NCBI GenBank assembly: GCA_951406725.2 | Contig: OX597820.1 | Coordinates: 56,296,001 to 56,360,000 of the forward strand | DNA from: Octopus vulgaris | Lineage: Eukaryota | Direction: 5' to 3' | Length of the DNA stretch: 64,000 nt | Shown: positions 48,582 to 63,182 of the stretch, piece after piece | Layout of the letters: every line of letters starts with the position of its first letter | Position numbering within the stretch: the first letter of the stretch is position 1 | Made by a program: the position numbers and the translations under genes | Notes under the pieces: generated by a model | Seen by the model: only the letters and a program-made list of their open reading frames with translations | What the model was told of the DNA's origin: nothing | Databases searched by the model: none

Positions 48582-49261
48582 TATATATATATATATAGTC
48601 TTTTACTTGTTTCAGTCATTTGACTGCGGCCATGCTGGAGCACCGCCTTTAGTCGAGCAAATCGACCCCAGGACTTATTCTTTATAAGCCTAGTACTTAT
48701 TCTATCAGTCTCTTTTGCCGAACCGCTAAGTTACGGGGACGTAAACACACCACCATCGGTTTTCAAGCGATGTTGGGGGGACAAATACAGACACACAAAG
48801 ACACACACACACACATAAATATATACACATATATACGACGGGCTTCTTTCAGTTTCCGTCTACCAAATCCACTCACAAGGCTTTGGTCGGCCCGAGGCTA
48901 TAGTAGAGGATACTTGCCCAAGGTATGACAACTTTTACGTCTTTCATTCATTGGACAGCGGCTATGCTGGGGTGGGATGCCACAATGAAGGGTTTTGTAG
49001 AACAAGTCGACCGCAGCATATATTTTTATAGTCTGGTACTTATTCTATCGTCTGTTGTCGAACCGCTAAGTTGCAGGGACGCAAACAAACGAAAGCGTGT
49101 TGTCAAGCGACAGTACACACAAACACACACACACGTGCACTTTAACACGCATGTATACACACACACACTTGCGCGCGCGTTCAAACGCATACATAATCGA
49201 CGGGCTTCGATACAGTTTCCGTCAACTAAATTCACTCAATGGATAAATTTTTTGAGTAACA

Positions 49262-49995
49262 CCCGCGAGACTTTCACTAAAAAAAAAAAACTGGGATTCT
49301 TTGCGTAGAATCAAGTACCCTCACCTCCTAATATGCTGCAAATCCCTTATTTTGGTTCAGAAAATGGGGAGCGGGCGAGGCCGCCCCGTCCCGGAATCAT
49401 TGGAAATTTTTTTCCCCTTTTTCGTTGAATGAATTCCTGTGACCTCCTAATATGCTGCAAAACCCTTTGGGGGATCCGAAAAACGGGGTGGGGTGAGGTG
49501 GAAGCCTCGGAAATTTCCCCACCCCACCCCATTGATCTTTTCACCAGCACGTTTTTCACTAAGAATAAAAAAAAACTCGGATATTTTGCGTGGAATCAAG
49601 TACTCTGGGGTCCCTCCCCCTCGCTCCCCCTTTTTTCCGAACCAAAATAAGGGATTTGCAGCATAATGTGAGGTTAGGGTACTTGATTCCACGCAAAAAA
49701 CTCGAATTTTTTTTCCTTAGTGAGAACGTGCTAGTGGAAAGATCAATGGGGTGGGGGTGAAATTTCCGACACTTTCACCTCACTCCACCCCGTTTTTCGG
49801 ACCCCCAAAAGGATTTTGAAACATATTAGGAGGTCACGGGAATTCATTCAAAAAAAAAAAATTCCAATGATTCCGGGACGCCACTCACCTTTCCGAACCA
49901 AAATAAGGGACTTGCAGCATATTAGGAGGTCAGGGTACTTGATTCCACAAAAAAATCCCCCCTTTTTTTATACTTAGTGAAAATCGTGCGGGTAA
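49262..49995. mobile_element. Foldback/MITE-like palindrome with ~350-bp arms built from subrepeats
   Basis: The left arm (gaatcaagtaccct..cctcctaatatgctgcaaatcccttattttggttc; cccggaatcattggaa...ccccattgatctttt) is mirrored at approx. 49635-49995. Confidence 0.85.
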
Positions 49996-50153
49996 CCAAA
50001 TTTACCAGGAATTGGTCAGCCCGGGGCTATAGTAAAAGACACCCAAGCAGCTGTGCAGCGGGACTGAACCTAATACCCTGTGGTTGCAAAGCGAGCATCT
50101 TACCAACATAGTCAATATAAATATATGCGTGTGTGTCGGTGTATATATAGTCT

Positions 50154-50221
<68 letters not shown>

Positions 50222-50560
50222 ATATATATATATAAAGGTGCAGGAGTGGCTGTGTTGTAAGAAGCTTGCTTACCACTCACATGGTTCCGGGTTCAGTCCC
50301 ACCTTGGGCAAGTGTCTTCTACTATAGCTTCGGGCCGACCAAATCCTTGTGAGTGGATTTGGTAGATGGAAACAGAAAGAAGCCTATCGTATATATATAT
50401 GTGTGTGTGTGTGTTTGCCCCCCCCCCCCAACCATCATTGCTTGACAACCGTATTTACGTCCCCGTAACTTAGCGGTTCGGAAAAAAAACCGATTGAATA
50501 GGTACTAGGCGGTGCTCCAGCATGACCGCAGTCAAATGAGTGAAACAAGTAAAAGAAAAA

Positions 50561-50681
<121 letters not shown>

Positions 50682-50964
50682 GGCAAGTGGGTAGAGTATT
50701 CGGCTCAAGATCCTAAAGTCGTGAGTTCAATACCTGGCGTCGCATCGCGTCGTGTCCTTGAGCAAGACATTTTATTTCACGTCTCCTCATGTGGGGAAAA
50801 AAATGAGTATTCAAAGGGCAGTTGAATATCCCTAAAAACTACGTTAATAATGTACGCGTGTCTATGGAAAATTCAGTCACTTGCACGCTAAATTTCACGA
50901 GTAGACTGTTCCGTTGAATCGGATCAACTGGAACCGTCATCGTCGTAATCGACAGAGTACCAGG

Positions 50965-51000
<36 letters not shown>

Positions 51001-51683
51001 ATGTGTATGAATCCCTTCTAATAGTGGTACGTGTTAATGTGTCCACCGTTTGTTGTGTCTGGCTCATTATTTATACAAAGTATCTAAGTTATTTGCTTGT
51101 CTATCCATCCGTCTACTTACTAAGTTACCTACCTACCTACCTCCTAACCTGTTTCTCATGCCCTTTCTTTTATCTCTGTCTTTTTGTTTAATCTATTTTT
51201 CTCCCACCTCACCCATGTTTCTTTGCCTCTTACTCTCACACTTTCTTTATCTCTTACTCTCACTCTTTCTTTCCTTCTCTCTATCGATGCCCAATTCAGT
51301 ATTTCTCTTTCACGCCTTTCTGCTTTCTCTTCTCTCCCCTTCTCTCTCTCTCTCTCACACTCTCTCTCTCTCTCTCATTTTCTTCCTTCACTCTCTTCTC
51401 ACTTTCTTCTATTCTTTCTTGTCTACCCTTTCTTTCTTTCTATCAGATTCAACACTTTTCCCCTTCCAGGCGTGAAGTGTGCATCGCTTCTCTGTATTTC
51501 CACAGACGGACGTTACTTCTCTTCACTTGGAATCTTTCCACCCTTTTCTCACACAGACGATGTCATCTTCTCAAGGTAGGACCATACAGAGACCTAGAAA
51601 AAAAAACTAAAAATCAAAAACCAAAACAGTGATAAAGAAACGCCCAGTTTTTTTACACGTATATAATCAGATGTTGACAGCTC

Positions 51684-51783
<100 letters not shown>

Positions 51784-52067
51784 CCTATCTACCTATCTAT
51801 CTATCTACAAATATAAATTACACACACACACACATAAACACACACGCACAAATATAAATTATAGATATAGTAATACAAAACACACACATTCACATAAATA
51901 TGCAAACACACAAATTGCAGATACTAACATGCCAGTTACACTCGCGCGCACTCACACACATACAAATAAGAAACTCGCGCACACGCGCGCGCAAACACGC
52001 AAATATATTTCCGATGACTGCTCCAGCATGATCATATCCCACCGGTTGAATCTAGGAAAAGTCCATA

Positions 52068-52116
<49 letters not shown>

Positions 52117-54320
52117 AACACACATGTACTACTGAACACTTCCTCGATTGTCAAATTAATTGTCAATTCTTGTCGCTTTCATTTCAAATTCTTAAGGTTT
52201 CTTAAGTAGCCAGACTGGTTTAGTTTGCACGGTTGTTCTTGTCTGTATGGACAGTGGTGGTCGTGGCGGTATTGTTGTTTGTGGTGTAGTGTTGACGGTC
52301 GTATAGCTTATTTAGTAACGTTGTTGTTGCTGTTGTTATCCAGCTTAGCGCCACATCAACCCCATTTAAACATACATACGATCGATGTTGTTTCAGCCTC
52401 AATTTCCCCATCATTTCGTAAATCTCCGACAACATTATCTATGTACTCCGTTTTCAGTCAGTCAATAAGGTATAGTGATATGAGAGACTTTGACTGCTAT
52501 TTCTAACAGACTGCGAGACAGCGTGTAGAGATACCCCCTCTAGTGGTAGCGTTTAGTTGTTTCGAGTTGTGTTGCTAGTTATGTAAGTTTTAATTATGGG
52601 TAATGGTGTTATTAATGTGTTCAGCGGGAGTTGTGTGTAAGCTCTGGGAGTGTTGATGTTGCGGGTTGTTGTGTTCTTGCTACTGTTGCAAGCGGTGGGT
52701 GAGTTGTGTTTGGTGGCGGCGGCATCGACGATATGATATTTGCGTGATGGGTTGGTCGAGATGACCCGAGAGGATTTCAGACAGTTGTTATTTGTTGGCC
52801 TTAGGGGGGTACTTTATAACTCAGACAACTATGTTAGCAACAATAAGAGACAATAACAGCAGTTACACAACGATTAGCGACAGCGACGACAAAGAATAGA
52901 AGCAATAACCAACATCAACTAAAAATAACACACAGCAAAAGAAAAAAGGCATCGCCGACAAACTATAATAACATTGACAAACGTCACACCAAATCGATGC
53001 AGCAAGAAAGAGGTGTGGGGTACACAACCATAACAGCAGCAACAACAACCAATAATATTACAGACACGACGACCGACACACAAACAAAAGGGACACACTC
53101 ACCGCAAAAATCGATGGAATAGGGGAAGATGGATTGCAGCAATACCAGGGATACGGACACAAGAAAGACAACGGTAACACACGACTCAAACAACACAGCA
53201 GCCACCACAAGCAAGCACAACATGTCACGCCGCTAAATCCACAGATCGCTTTGATGAAATAAGTTAAATAAATGAAAGAATAGTTGGACACATACACACA
53301 CACACACAGAGTCATACACGGCACACAGTTGTTATTTGTATTTATGTTCCCGATAGCGGTTCCCTAAATGGATGTTGATAGAATAAGAAGTACTGGAGGC
53401 GATATAATCGATGAAAAAATCTTAAAGAGTGTGCTACAGCATGGTCGTAGTCCAGTAAAGGAAACCGACAAAAGGACGGGACTAGGTGAATTAGATAAAT
53501 AAACTAAATTGGAAACCACGTTTTAATTTACAATAATAAAAAAAGAATGAATGGATGTTAAGGTAAACGTTAACGAAAAGTGAAAGTTAAAAACAACTCT
53601 CTCTTTCTCACTATCTCTCTATATATATCTGAGTTCGAATTCCGCCGAGGTTGACTTTGTCTTTCATCCTTTCGGGGTCGATAAATAAAGTACCTGTTTC
53701 GCACTGGGGTCGATGTAATCGACTTAATCCCTTTGTCTGTCCTTGTTTGTCCCCTCTATGTTTAGCCCCTTGTGGGTAGTAAAGAAATCTATATATATAT
53801 ATATATATACACACACTAATATAAATGTATGTATGTATATATACATACATATGTATATATAAATAGATATACATTTGTGTATTTATATATATATAATATA
53901 ATATACATACATGCATACATACAAATATTCGTGGTGTATGTAGATATTACCACCCTGTACTATACAAACCTATCTCTTTCATTCATCTATTGTTTTGATT
54001 TTTTTTATATCATCAAATGTATGAGTTAGCGCTCGCGCGTCCGTTACATTCATGGAATCACCTTGACCTCTACATAGCCAATATCAATAGTACTTTTTCA
54101 GTTTGCACATACTTTGACGTTGATGCAAGTCCTCCTAGCTCTGACCGCTTTTCCCTCCCACTCTAATAACAATTGTTACCTCTTTCTACCTCTCCATTAC
54201 TCCCCCCTCTCATCTATCTATCTGTCTATCTACCCATGTAATCTAGCTGTCTCTCTCTCTCTCCCTCTCGCTCATCCATCCACCCCCATCTAGTTCTGTA
54301 TCTCTTTCTCTTGCTATCTG

Positions 54321-54355
<35 letters not shown>

Positions 54356-54480
54356 GCCTGTCTGTCTGTCTGTCTGTCTATCTATCTGTCTGTCTACCCA
54401 TGTGTCTGTCACTCATCCATCCCCCATCTAGCTCTGTATCTCTCTCTTCCTACCTATCTATCTATCTATCTATCTATCTA

Positions 54481-54512
<32 letters not shown>

Positions 54513-57500
54513 CCTATGTATCTATCTATCTGTCTGTCTACCCATGTGTCTGTCACTCATCCATCCCCCATCTAGCTCTGTATCTTTCTCTTCCTATCTA
54601 TCTATCTGTCTGTCTGTCTGTCCGTCCGTCCGTCCGTCCATCTATCCATCTATCTATCTATCTATCTATCATCCCATCTCATTTGTCCTTCCTTCATCAC
54701 TAGTTGACATTTCATCTTCGCTCAAGTGTTGTTCTGCCCGAAACGCTTGACTTCTCTCTTTCCTCGATGAGTGAAAATGTATTCTGGTATTTGAACCATT
54801 ACCAATTAATATCATTAATGGAATCATTTGTTTAAACCGTTGACACCTTTCATCATCTTCGCCTCGCCCTACAACATAAAAATTATGTATTTATTACTCT
54901 CAGAGACCTAAATGGTAAAATGAAAGCTAAGAGGAAATATTACTACTAGTAATGTATTAGACGTACAATCCAAAGATTAAATATTTGGTTATACGACCAT
55001 TTTGATAAAGCAGGTGGAAGTTTTGGCCAACGAAATTGTTTTAACCTCAGATAAAACGATTTATCGCATTTCGGATTAAAGCACCTCATATCCAGTCGTA
55101 CCCTCTTATTTATTTATTTATATATTTATTTATTTATTTTTCTGCTTTGTGTGTGCACATAAATTTGCTTGTGTGCAAATGTTGCCTTTCTTTGCGAAGT
55201 ATGTGTACATATATGCGAGTAGCTATAGCTCAGATTTCTTCAATTCAAAAAAAAAATTCGATAACATCTTGAAAACTTTGCGTGCGCGCAATATTTCTTT
55301 TCTTTCTACGCTCGATGTATAATGTGTATGCGCGCACAAGCGCACAGTTTAAAAGAAACACTGCTTCTGTTTAATAGGAAAGAAAACCGACTGTGTGCAA
55401 ATGAACAAAAACGTAAACAAAATACTGAAATTTTGGAAAACGTTTGTTTGCCTGAGTACAAAGCAGGAATATTTTTAAAAAAATGGAAATAAACCTTGCT
55501 CTTCTATGTTCTTAGCCTTGATCGAGCAGACCTCCAACCAAATAATGTTCCAGTTGTAACAATTCTGTTTTTTTTTTTTTTTTTTCTCAAATGTAGTTAT
55601 ATTTCGTATTATATTATCTAATGTGTTCAGCAGAATGTAATTTAAGAGGGACCGAAGTTTTAGTTCTAGCAGGTCGAGTGACATCCTCGTTGGTGCGAAA
55701 CCATGGATTTGTAAAGGCTTAAGTTGATCCGGCCTATTCCTGCAGTCGGTGTTTATTTTATCGATTCCGAAGGTATGAAAAGCTAAGCTGACTTACAACA
55801 GAATTTGAACTTAGCGCCAATGAGGTTGGAAGAGGGTAAACAAACACTACTGAAACGCTCGAACTGTCATATACTTATTCTGACACTTTATCACTAGTGA
55901 CAACTAATGTCAATATTACCTTATGAAAAGTGAAGAACTCTTTGTTTAAGCGGCATTTTGCTAATTTCCGGCAACATTTAACTATTCGGGTCTTAGAGAG
56001 AGAAAGGAGAGATCGAATTATCGAAAGACAAATCGTGTTTTTCGTAACAAAACTAATAACTCTAATAATATAAAGGGCTACGTCGACAAAAGTTATAATG
56101 GGGACTGAACCATTTCTCTTGGGGGAAAAGTTATTTTTTTCTCTTTGCTCAGTCACCGAACCATCAATGTTTTTTTTTTATCCCTCTACAACATACGAGC
56201 TTTATCCAAACTCCAAAATTAGGAACTTCATTACATGATCTGAAAACCAGTTATGAATAATTATCAAAATAATTATTTAAAACAATTATGAATAATTATC
56301 AAAAACAAAATATATTTTCTATTTAACAAGCTATATACACTTTAAGAGTGGATTGACTTTTTTTTTTTTTTTGGTGACAAAACATTAAAAAGTTTCTAAT
56401 TATTGGCTAATATTCCCATAAACGTTTGAAAATACACTGAATTGAAGTGAGTTTATTTTCGTGATGAGGGGGGGGGGGGATTCTAACGTTTCGGCAAATA
56501 CCTCTTACTCTCTTTTACTCTTTTACTTGTTTCAGTCATTTGACTACGGCCATGCTGGAGCACCGCCTTTAATCGAGCAACTCGACCCCGGGACTTATTC
56601 TTTTGTAAGCCTAGTACTTATTCTATCGGTCTCTTTTGCCGAACCGCTAAGTAACGGGGACATAAACACACCAGCATCGGTTGTCAAGCAATGCTAGGGG
56701 GACAAACACAGACACACAAACACACACACACATACATATATATATACATATATACGACGGGCTTCTTTCAGTTTCCGTCTACCAAATCCACTCACAAGGC
56801 TTTGGTCGGCCCGAGGCTATAGTAGAAGACACTTGCCCAAGGTGCCACGCCGTGGGACTGAACCCGGAACCATGTGGTTGGTAAACAAGCTACTTACCAC
56901 ACAGCCCTGTATTTTATCTTTTGTCTTACTTGTTTCAGTCATTGGACTACGGTCATGCTGGGGCACCGCCTTGAAGAATTTTTAGTCGAATTGACCTCAG
57001 TATTTATTTATTTTTTTGTTTAAGTATAAAATTTGTTTTATCTGTCTCAAATTACAACATAAATCGGCAGCGGTAAAGAATACACACACCACCCGTTTTC
57101 GGCGTAACCCTAAGCAACGGGTGTGCATATTCTTTACCTTCGGCAGTCACTACTACAATAGCAATGTAGGAAGGAAAACAAAAGCAGATAATATGTTATA
57201 TTTGATACATGCCGACACTAACATGTGTCTTCTCTTCCTGTATCATCATCATCATTGTAAAAACTACTTTTCCATGCTTTCATGGGTCAGACGGAATTCG
57301 TTGAGACAGATTTAATCTGGCCAGATGCCCTTCCTTTCCAAGGAGGTTAAATATTTCCTTCTCCTTCACCCTTCATTTGATCGCCGAAAATGCGGCACCT
57401 TGCCCGTCTTCTCCTACCGTTTCTTCAAGGGGCCGAGGGCTTACAGGACTGAGTGTCCATGGAAGAACAGCTAAGATCTTTTATTCTACCTATTCTCCCC

Positions 57501-57956
57501 AACCTTCTAGATCGTCACTTTCTTTCTTTTTCCTTCTTTTTATTTGCAATTGTCATTTATTATTTCATTTATCTTCTTCTATTTTTATACACATACCCCA
57601 CAACTTCTTCACAGAGATCATTGTAATTCCCTCCCCCGCTGGTTCCAATTTCATTGACTCATTTTTCTACCATTTTTTTTCATTGAATTCTTTTGCCATT
57701 CTAATATCTGCCCTTCTTACTTCATTCCACCCCGATCAAAACCCATCCATTCTTCTCTTTTCTTTCTTTTACTTTTTTCTCTTTTCTTTTATCTCCCCTC
57801 ACCACCACAACCGCCGCTTCCACCACCTAAGATTAAAATCCTATAACAAAAAATGAACAGAAGTAAATGGAAGTTTTATTTGAAAATTTAGGAAGATTTT
57901 TATTTGTCATAATGGGGAAAAAGTCAAATCAAGTTTAAGAGTCACTTTCATACAGT

Positions 57957-58035
57957 ATGGCAGCAGCTTACCTCAAAAGAACTGCCTGTGCTTCTATAAT
58001 GATGAAGAAATCTCTTATAAATGTTGCAGTGCATG
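57957..58035 (+). CDS. Candidate first coding exon of an unidentified host gene (MAAAYLKRTACASIMMKKSLINVAVH)
   Basis: Acceptor-like cactttcatacag 1 nt before the ATG; donor gtaaat at 58036; basic, acid-free peptide resembling a mitochondrial presequence; CpG depletion starts about here. Confidence 0.35.
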
Positions 58036-58996
58036 GTAAATTGTCAAAGTTTATGAATATTAAAACATTAAGAAAACAGAATAAACTTTCAAATACCAGA
58101 GTTATAGAACAGCTAAAGACACCGTTGCAGTAAGAAAGTAGAAACACTGTTTGGTTAATTTAGAAAATTTCGAACTGTTTTTTGAGACAGCTGCAAAAAG
58201 ATAAACAATATAACTCCAGCTCGTGTTGAATGATTTAGATAGTAAATCTTATAAAGGGGAACAGATTCAACAGGTTCAAATGCTTCAGTGTTATTCACAA
58301 AGGAAAAATATTTATACAAAAACACATAGCAGATTATATACTCTTTACTCGTTTTACTCTTCTACTTGTTTCAAATCATTTGATTGTGGCCATGCTGGAG
58401 CACCACCTTTTTGTCGAGCAAATCGACCCCAGGACTTATTCTTTGTAAGCCTAGTACTTATTCTATTGGTCTCTTTAGCCGAACCGCTAAGTTACGGGGA
58501 CGTAAACACAACAGCATTGGTTGTCAAGCGATGTTGGGGGGGACAAACACAGACACACAAACGTATACACACACACACATACAAATATATATACGTATAT
58601 ACGACGGGCTTCTTTCAGTTTCCATCTACCAAATCCACTCACAAGGCTTTGGTCGGCCTGAGGCTATAGTAGAACACACTTGCCCAAGGTGCCACACAGT
58701 GGGACTGACCTGGAACCATGAGGTTCGTAAGCAAGCTACTTACCACACAGCGATATATATATATAGGTATGTTAGTCAATGTTTGTGTGTTTATGTTACA
58801 TAGAATCGGTACAGTTCTAGTAAAGTTTCTTGAGAAACAGGAGTCAGAGTTTCAAGATAAGCATACCATGTTAATATTATTTTAATAATTATTTTCCTTT
58901 AGAAAATTTCAAATTTCCAAGTTTTAAACAAAATGAGTATGATTCTACCAGAAGAAAATTTCATAAATTCAGTTTTTACATTCCTGTGTTCCTCAT

Positions 58997-59130
58997 TAAC
59001 CCTAACTTTAATAGTAAATCAGACCTTAACCCATAATTCTAAGTGCCAACTCTAACCCTAAACCCTAACGCTGAGTCCTGAACCTAAACTCTAATTTCCT
59101 AAATCCTAAACTCTAATCTAAACCCTAAAT
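58997..59130 (+). repeat. Degenerate (AACCCT)n telomere-like tract
   Basis: Repeated taaccct / aaccctaa / aactcta units. Confidence 0.6.
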
Positions 59131-59606
59131 TTTTGTAGAATCGTAATCTATGTTTAAAACAAATAATTCCGAGAAATATTTTAAAAATGAAGCTACAACA
59201 GGTTGTATACTCTGTAGCAGTGAAGTGGGGCAAAAAGATTAAAAAACTAATTTTGAAAAACTTTTAATTTGCTAAATTTTAATTTCTGACATATTTTTTA
59301 TAAAAAAAAAAATACAAGATTTTACAGGTAGTACTTAGTCCAAAACTCTGCCAGACAATTTTAGAAGAATATTAGAACATTGGCTGTACCAAACTTGTTT
59401 CATTGCACAAACATGGAACATCAAAGTTCCTTTATACAATAATTAGAGATCTTTTCTTTAATATGAATCAGTATGGTGATACATCAGGTTCATTCCAGGT
59501 TTTTGAGAAACTCACTGGTCTAGACCAGTTACCCTTAGGTATAAAATTGTGTCTATGAGTGTGTGTCTACACAACACACACACAAACATGCACACACAAC
59601 ACACAC

Positions 59607-59753
59607 ATATTATTTAGTAAGCACAGTCTACGTTTTTATGTGCTACTATTAGTTTCATGTGCTGAGAACATGCCAAACATTGTTTTATATGTTTTCAGCA
59701 CATGAAGCTAATAGTAGCACATAAAACCTTATATTGTGTTTATCAAATAATGT
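59607..59753 (+). repeat. ~145-nt hairpin (38-bp core stem)
   Basis: 59634-59671 pairs with 59689-59726 with only two G.U pairs; an imperfect outer stem continues. Confidence 0.85.
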
Positions 59754-59813
59754 TATTTCTCACCAGAAGGAGAACTTTTTTTGCTGATCTTACCATCACA
59801 GAATAGCACACTG

Positions 59814-59886
<73 letters not shown>

Positions 59887-61189
59887 ATATATATATTCAT
59901 TTACAGACAAACCTTCATACAAGCAACATGGTCTAAAAATTTCTTAAAATACAAAATTACAATATTTTTACCAATGTCATTGTCATGAGAAGTAGCAAAA
60001 TGTGAAACCGGTAGACTATTATGATATTCTTTCCTTTAGAATATATTAAAAATATGTAAATTGTGTGCATCTTCCTTCTTTTATTATATATTTTTTCACT
60101 ACAACTCACCATGTGGGGAAAATCTCTTCAGCAAAATTCTTTTTTTACTATATATATATATACCATCATCATCAAATGTCCATGTTCCATGCTGGCATGG
60201 TTAGGATGATTTGACAAGACTTCGTTTTAACATGCTTTCTGTGGTTTGGATGCCCTTCCTTATGCAAACACTTTACAACATGTACTGGGTACTTTTTTTT
60301 CATGGTACCAGCTCAAGTGAGGTCACCATTCAGCTGGCAAGACTAAGATCTCCATTGGTTTGGTAGGGTAACAGTGGAGAAGAAGGTGGTTTATGCTAGA
60401 AGATGTGGGATTAACATATGAGAGAAGAGGCCAGACCAGGTGTTTTGCTGTACAGGAGTGACATGGTTACTCATGTTATAGAAGAGAAAGTGGAACTGAC
60501 TGTGTTGGAGCTGGAAAGTGATAAAAATAATAGAAGGGTGTCTGAGGTGGGCCCTCATAATTCAATGTGAGTAGAAGTGAATAGTGACAGGATAACATGG
60601 TATGTGGGTCGGTAGAGTTTTTAAGAGTATATGGGAGAGTGAGAGCTAGCTAGAAATGGGGGATTAGGTTAGGGGTGAATATAATGAAGAACAGGGGTTG
60701 AGGGATGATAAATACGGAAATAGGGAAGAGTAGGTGACAACTGTAGAAATTGAGGAGATTGAGGAGGTGGATGTAGTGAATGATGGTTAAAGGGTAAGGG
60801 TTACCAATGATACATATCAGCCAGTATAGGGAGACTAGAAAATGACTGACAGTGCAAAAAAAGGTATGTTGAAGAGGCAGCAGAATAGTAATAATGGTAC
60901 TGAAGATATAGGAAGGATGAGAGTCAATGAATGAAAAAAAGAGAGATGTTGTGTAACTGGTTGTGATCAATGTAAAATGTAGATAGAGAGGGCAGTATTA
61001 AGAATGAAAGATGGATAACAAGTGAAATGGTTCTTGGTAGTAAGAATAAATGGAAATGCTAGGAAGCATGCAGTTCTACTCATATTTAATTACAGTTGCA
61101 GAATATTGCAGGTAGAAAGGGTGGTGGGGGTGTCTTGAATAGATTGGGTAAACTAGTGATAGTTGCACACATATATAGTCTTGCTGAGG

Positions 61190-61830
61190 TGGGAAAACCT
61201 TCTCAAGAACTGCATAGTGCAAGTCATCATTGTCTTTTCTCATCTCCTCTATGAGACTCAAACTTTTGAGATCAGCCTTCACCATCCATTTTGTCCCATG
61301 TCTTCCTAGGTCTCCATCTTCAGCAAGCTGCATCTACCTTAAGTGATGAGCATATATTTTTACAGCTGTCCTCATCCATACACATCTCATGTCCATGTCA
61401 GTGCAGTTTTCTTTCTCACACTCTATATTTGGTTTCTTTTTATGTCTAGTTTTTCTCTCAACACATTTGTACTTTGTCATTCATACGCATCCAGCAGAGT
61501 ATGCTAGGTTCATTTCTTTTCAGTCTTTTCAAGAACTATGTATTACATAACACTGGTGTTATACAATCAGCCTTTCACTCTGAAGGACAAAAGCCTTTGT
61601 TGATCACAGTTGTAGTCAGTCCCTGAGCTTTTCTAACTTGTTCTCAATCTGGTTACTCTACTTTTGGAGCAAACCATGCCTGTGCTAGTGACATTTTCTC
61701 AGTTACAAAAGATAATGACTACTTCTAGTGAGTCATCCGGGTGTTTCAGAAAATCTATTTCTGGTCTGTTCATTGTAATGCTTTGCCTGCCTAGCCCAGC
61801 CCATTTTGTGCCGTACTGAGAACATAGAGG
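61190..61830 (-). pseudogene. Highly degenerate RTE-clade LINE 3' remnant
   Basis: Frameshifted RPRKTW...VKADLKSLSL..EM.KD motif typical of RTE ORF C-termini. Confidence 0.55.
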
Positions 61831-62332
61831 CACCTGTGGCTCCCATGGTTGACAAGGAGTTATTGTGTTTATGGAATGTTTGGCTATTTACTAAGCTATG
61901 AAGTAGTTCAATTGATCAAATAACTGAATCCTTATTAGAAATGATAGAAATTCATAAGTGTGTGTGTGTTATGTATATTTTATATATATATTTATTACAT
62001 TGGATTAGTGTTTTATCAATATAACCAGTGTATTTAAGAACTCACTTATATCATATATATGTGTGTGTGTGTGTGTGTGTTTGTGGAGGCACATGGCTTA
62101 GTGGTTAGGGTGTCAGCATCATGATCGTAAGATTGTGGTTTCGATTCCTGGACCGGGTGACGCGTTGTATTCTTGAGCAAAACACTTCATTTCATGTTGG
62201 TCCAGTCCACTCAACTGGCAAAAATGAGTAATGCTGCGATGGACTGGCGTCCCGTCAAGCTGGGGAACATATACACCATTGAAACCAGGAAACCAGGCCC
62301 ATGAGTCTGGCTAGGCTTTAAAAGTGCGCATT

Positions 62333-62376
<44 letters not shown>

Positions 62377-62379
<3 letters not shown>

Positions 62380-62582
62380 GGATGCTGAAAGTTCCTGATT
62401 TGGGGTTAAAGAAAATACAGGAGGATTAGTTAATTATGATTTTATTCAACATATTCCCCTCAGATTCACACACATATTGCAGTGGTCCTTCAGCTTTTCT
62501 AAGCCCAGTAAAAGAACTGGAAAGTTGGGCCTCCAACTGGACCTTTCATGATATCCTTAAAGTCAGGAACTTTTCACCCCCC
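62377..62582 (-). mobile_element. Mariner-derived MITE (~205 bp)
   Basis: TIRs gagggatgctgaaagttcctga / tcaggaacttttcacccccc; same family as 1-138. Confidence 0.75.
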
Positions 62583-63120
62583 AATTATATGTATGTACAA
62601 ATATATATATGCATACATATGAGTGCAGACATGGCTGTGTGGTAAGAAACTTGCTTCCCAACAAAAGGGCTTTGGGTTCAGTCCCATGCAGTACATTGGG
62701 AAGTGTCTTCTGTTATAACCCCAAGCCAACCAAAAACCTTGTGAGTGGATTTAGTAGACAAAAACTGAAAAAAGCCTGTCGTGTGTGTGTGTGTTTGTGT
62801 GTGCGTGTGTGTGTGTGTGTGTGTGTATGTTTGTCTGTCTGTGTGTCTTTGTATTTGTGTTTATCTTCCACCACACTACCTGACAACCAGTGTTGGTTTG
62901 TTTACATTCCTGTAACTTATTGGTCCTCAAAACTAGACTGAAAGTATAAATACCAGACCCCCAAAATAAGTACTTGGGGTGGATTTGCTTGGCTAAACAC
63001 TTCATGGTGGAGCCCCTGTATGGCCACAGTCAAATGATTGAAACAAGTAAAAAATAAACTATATATTATGTGTGTGTGTCTGTGCCTGTATGTATATATA
63101 TATGTGTGTGTATGTATATT

Positions 63121-63182
<62 letters not shown>

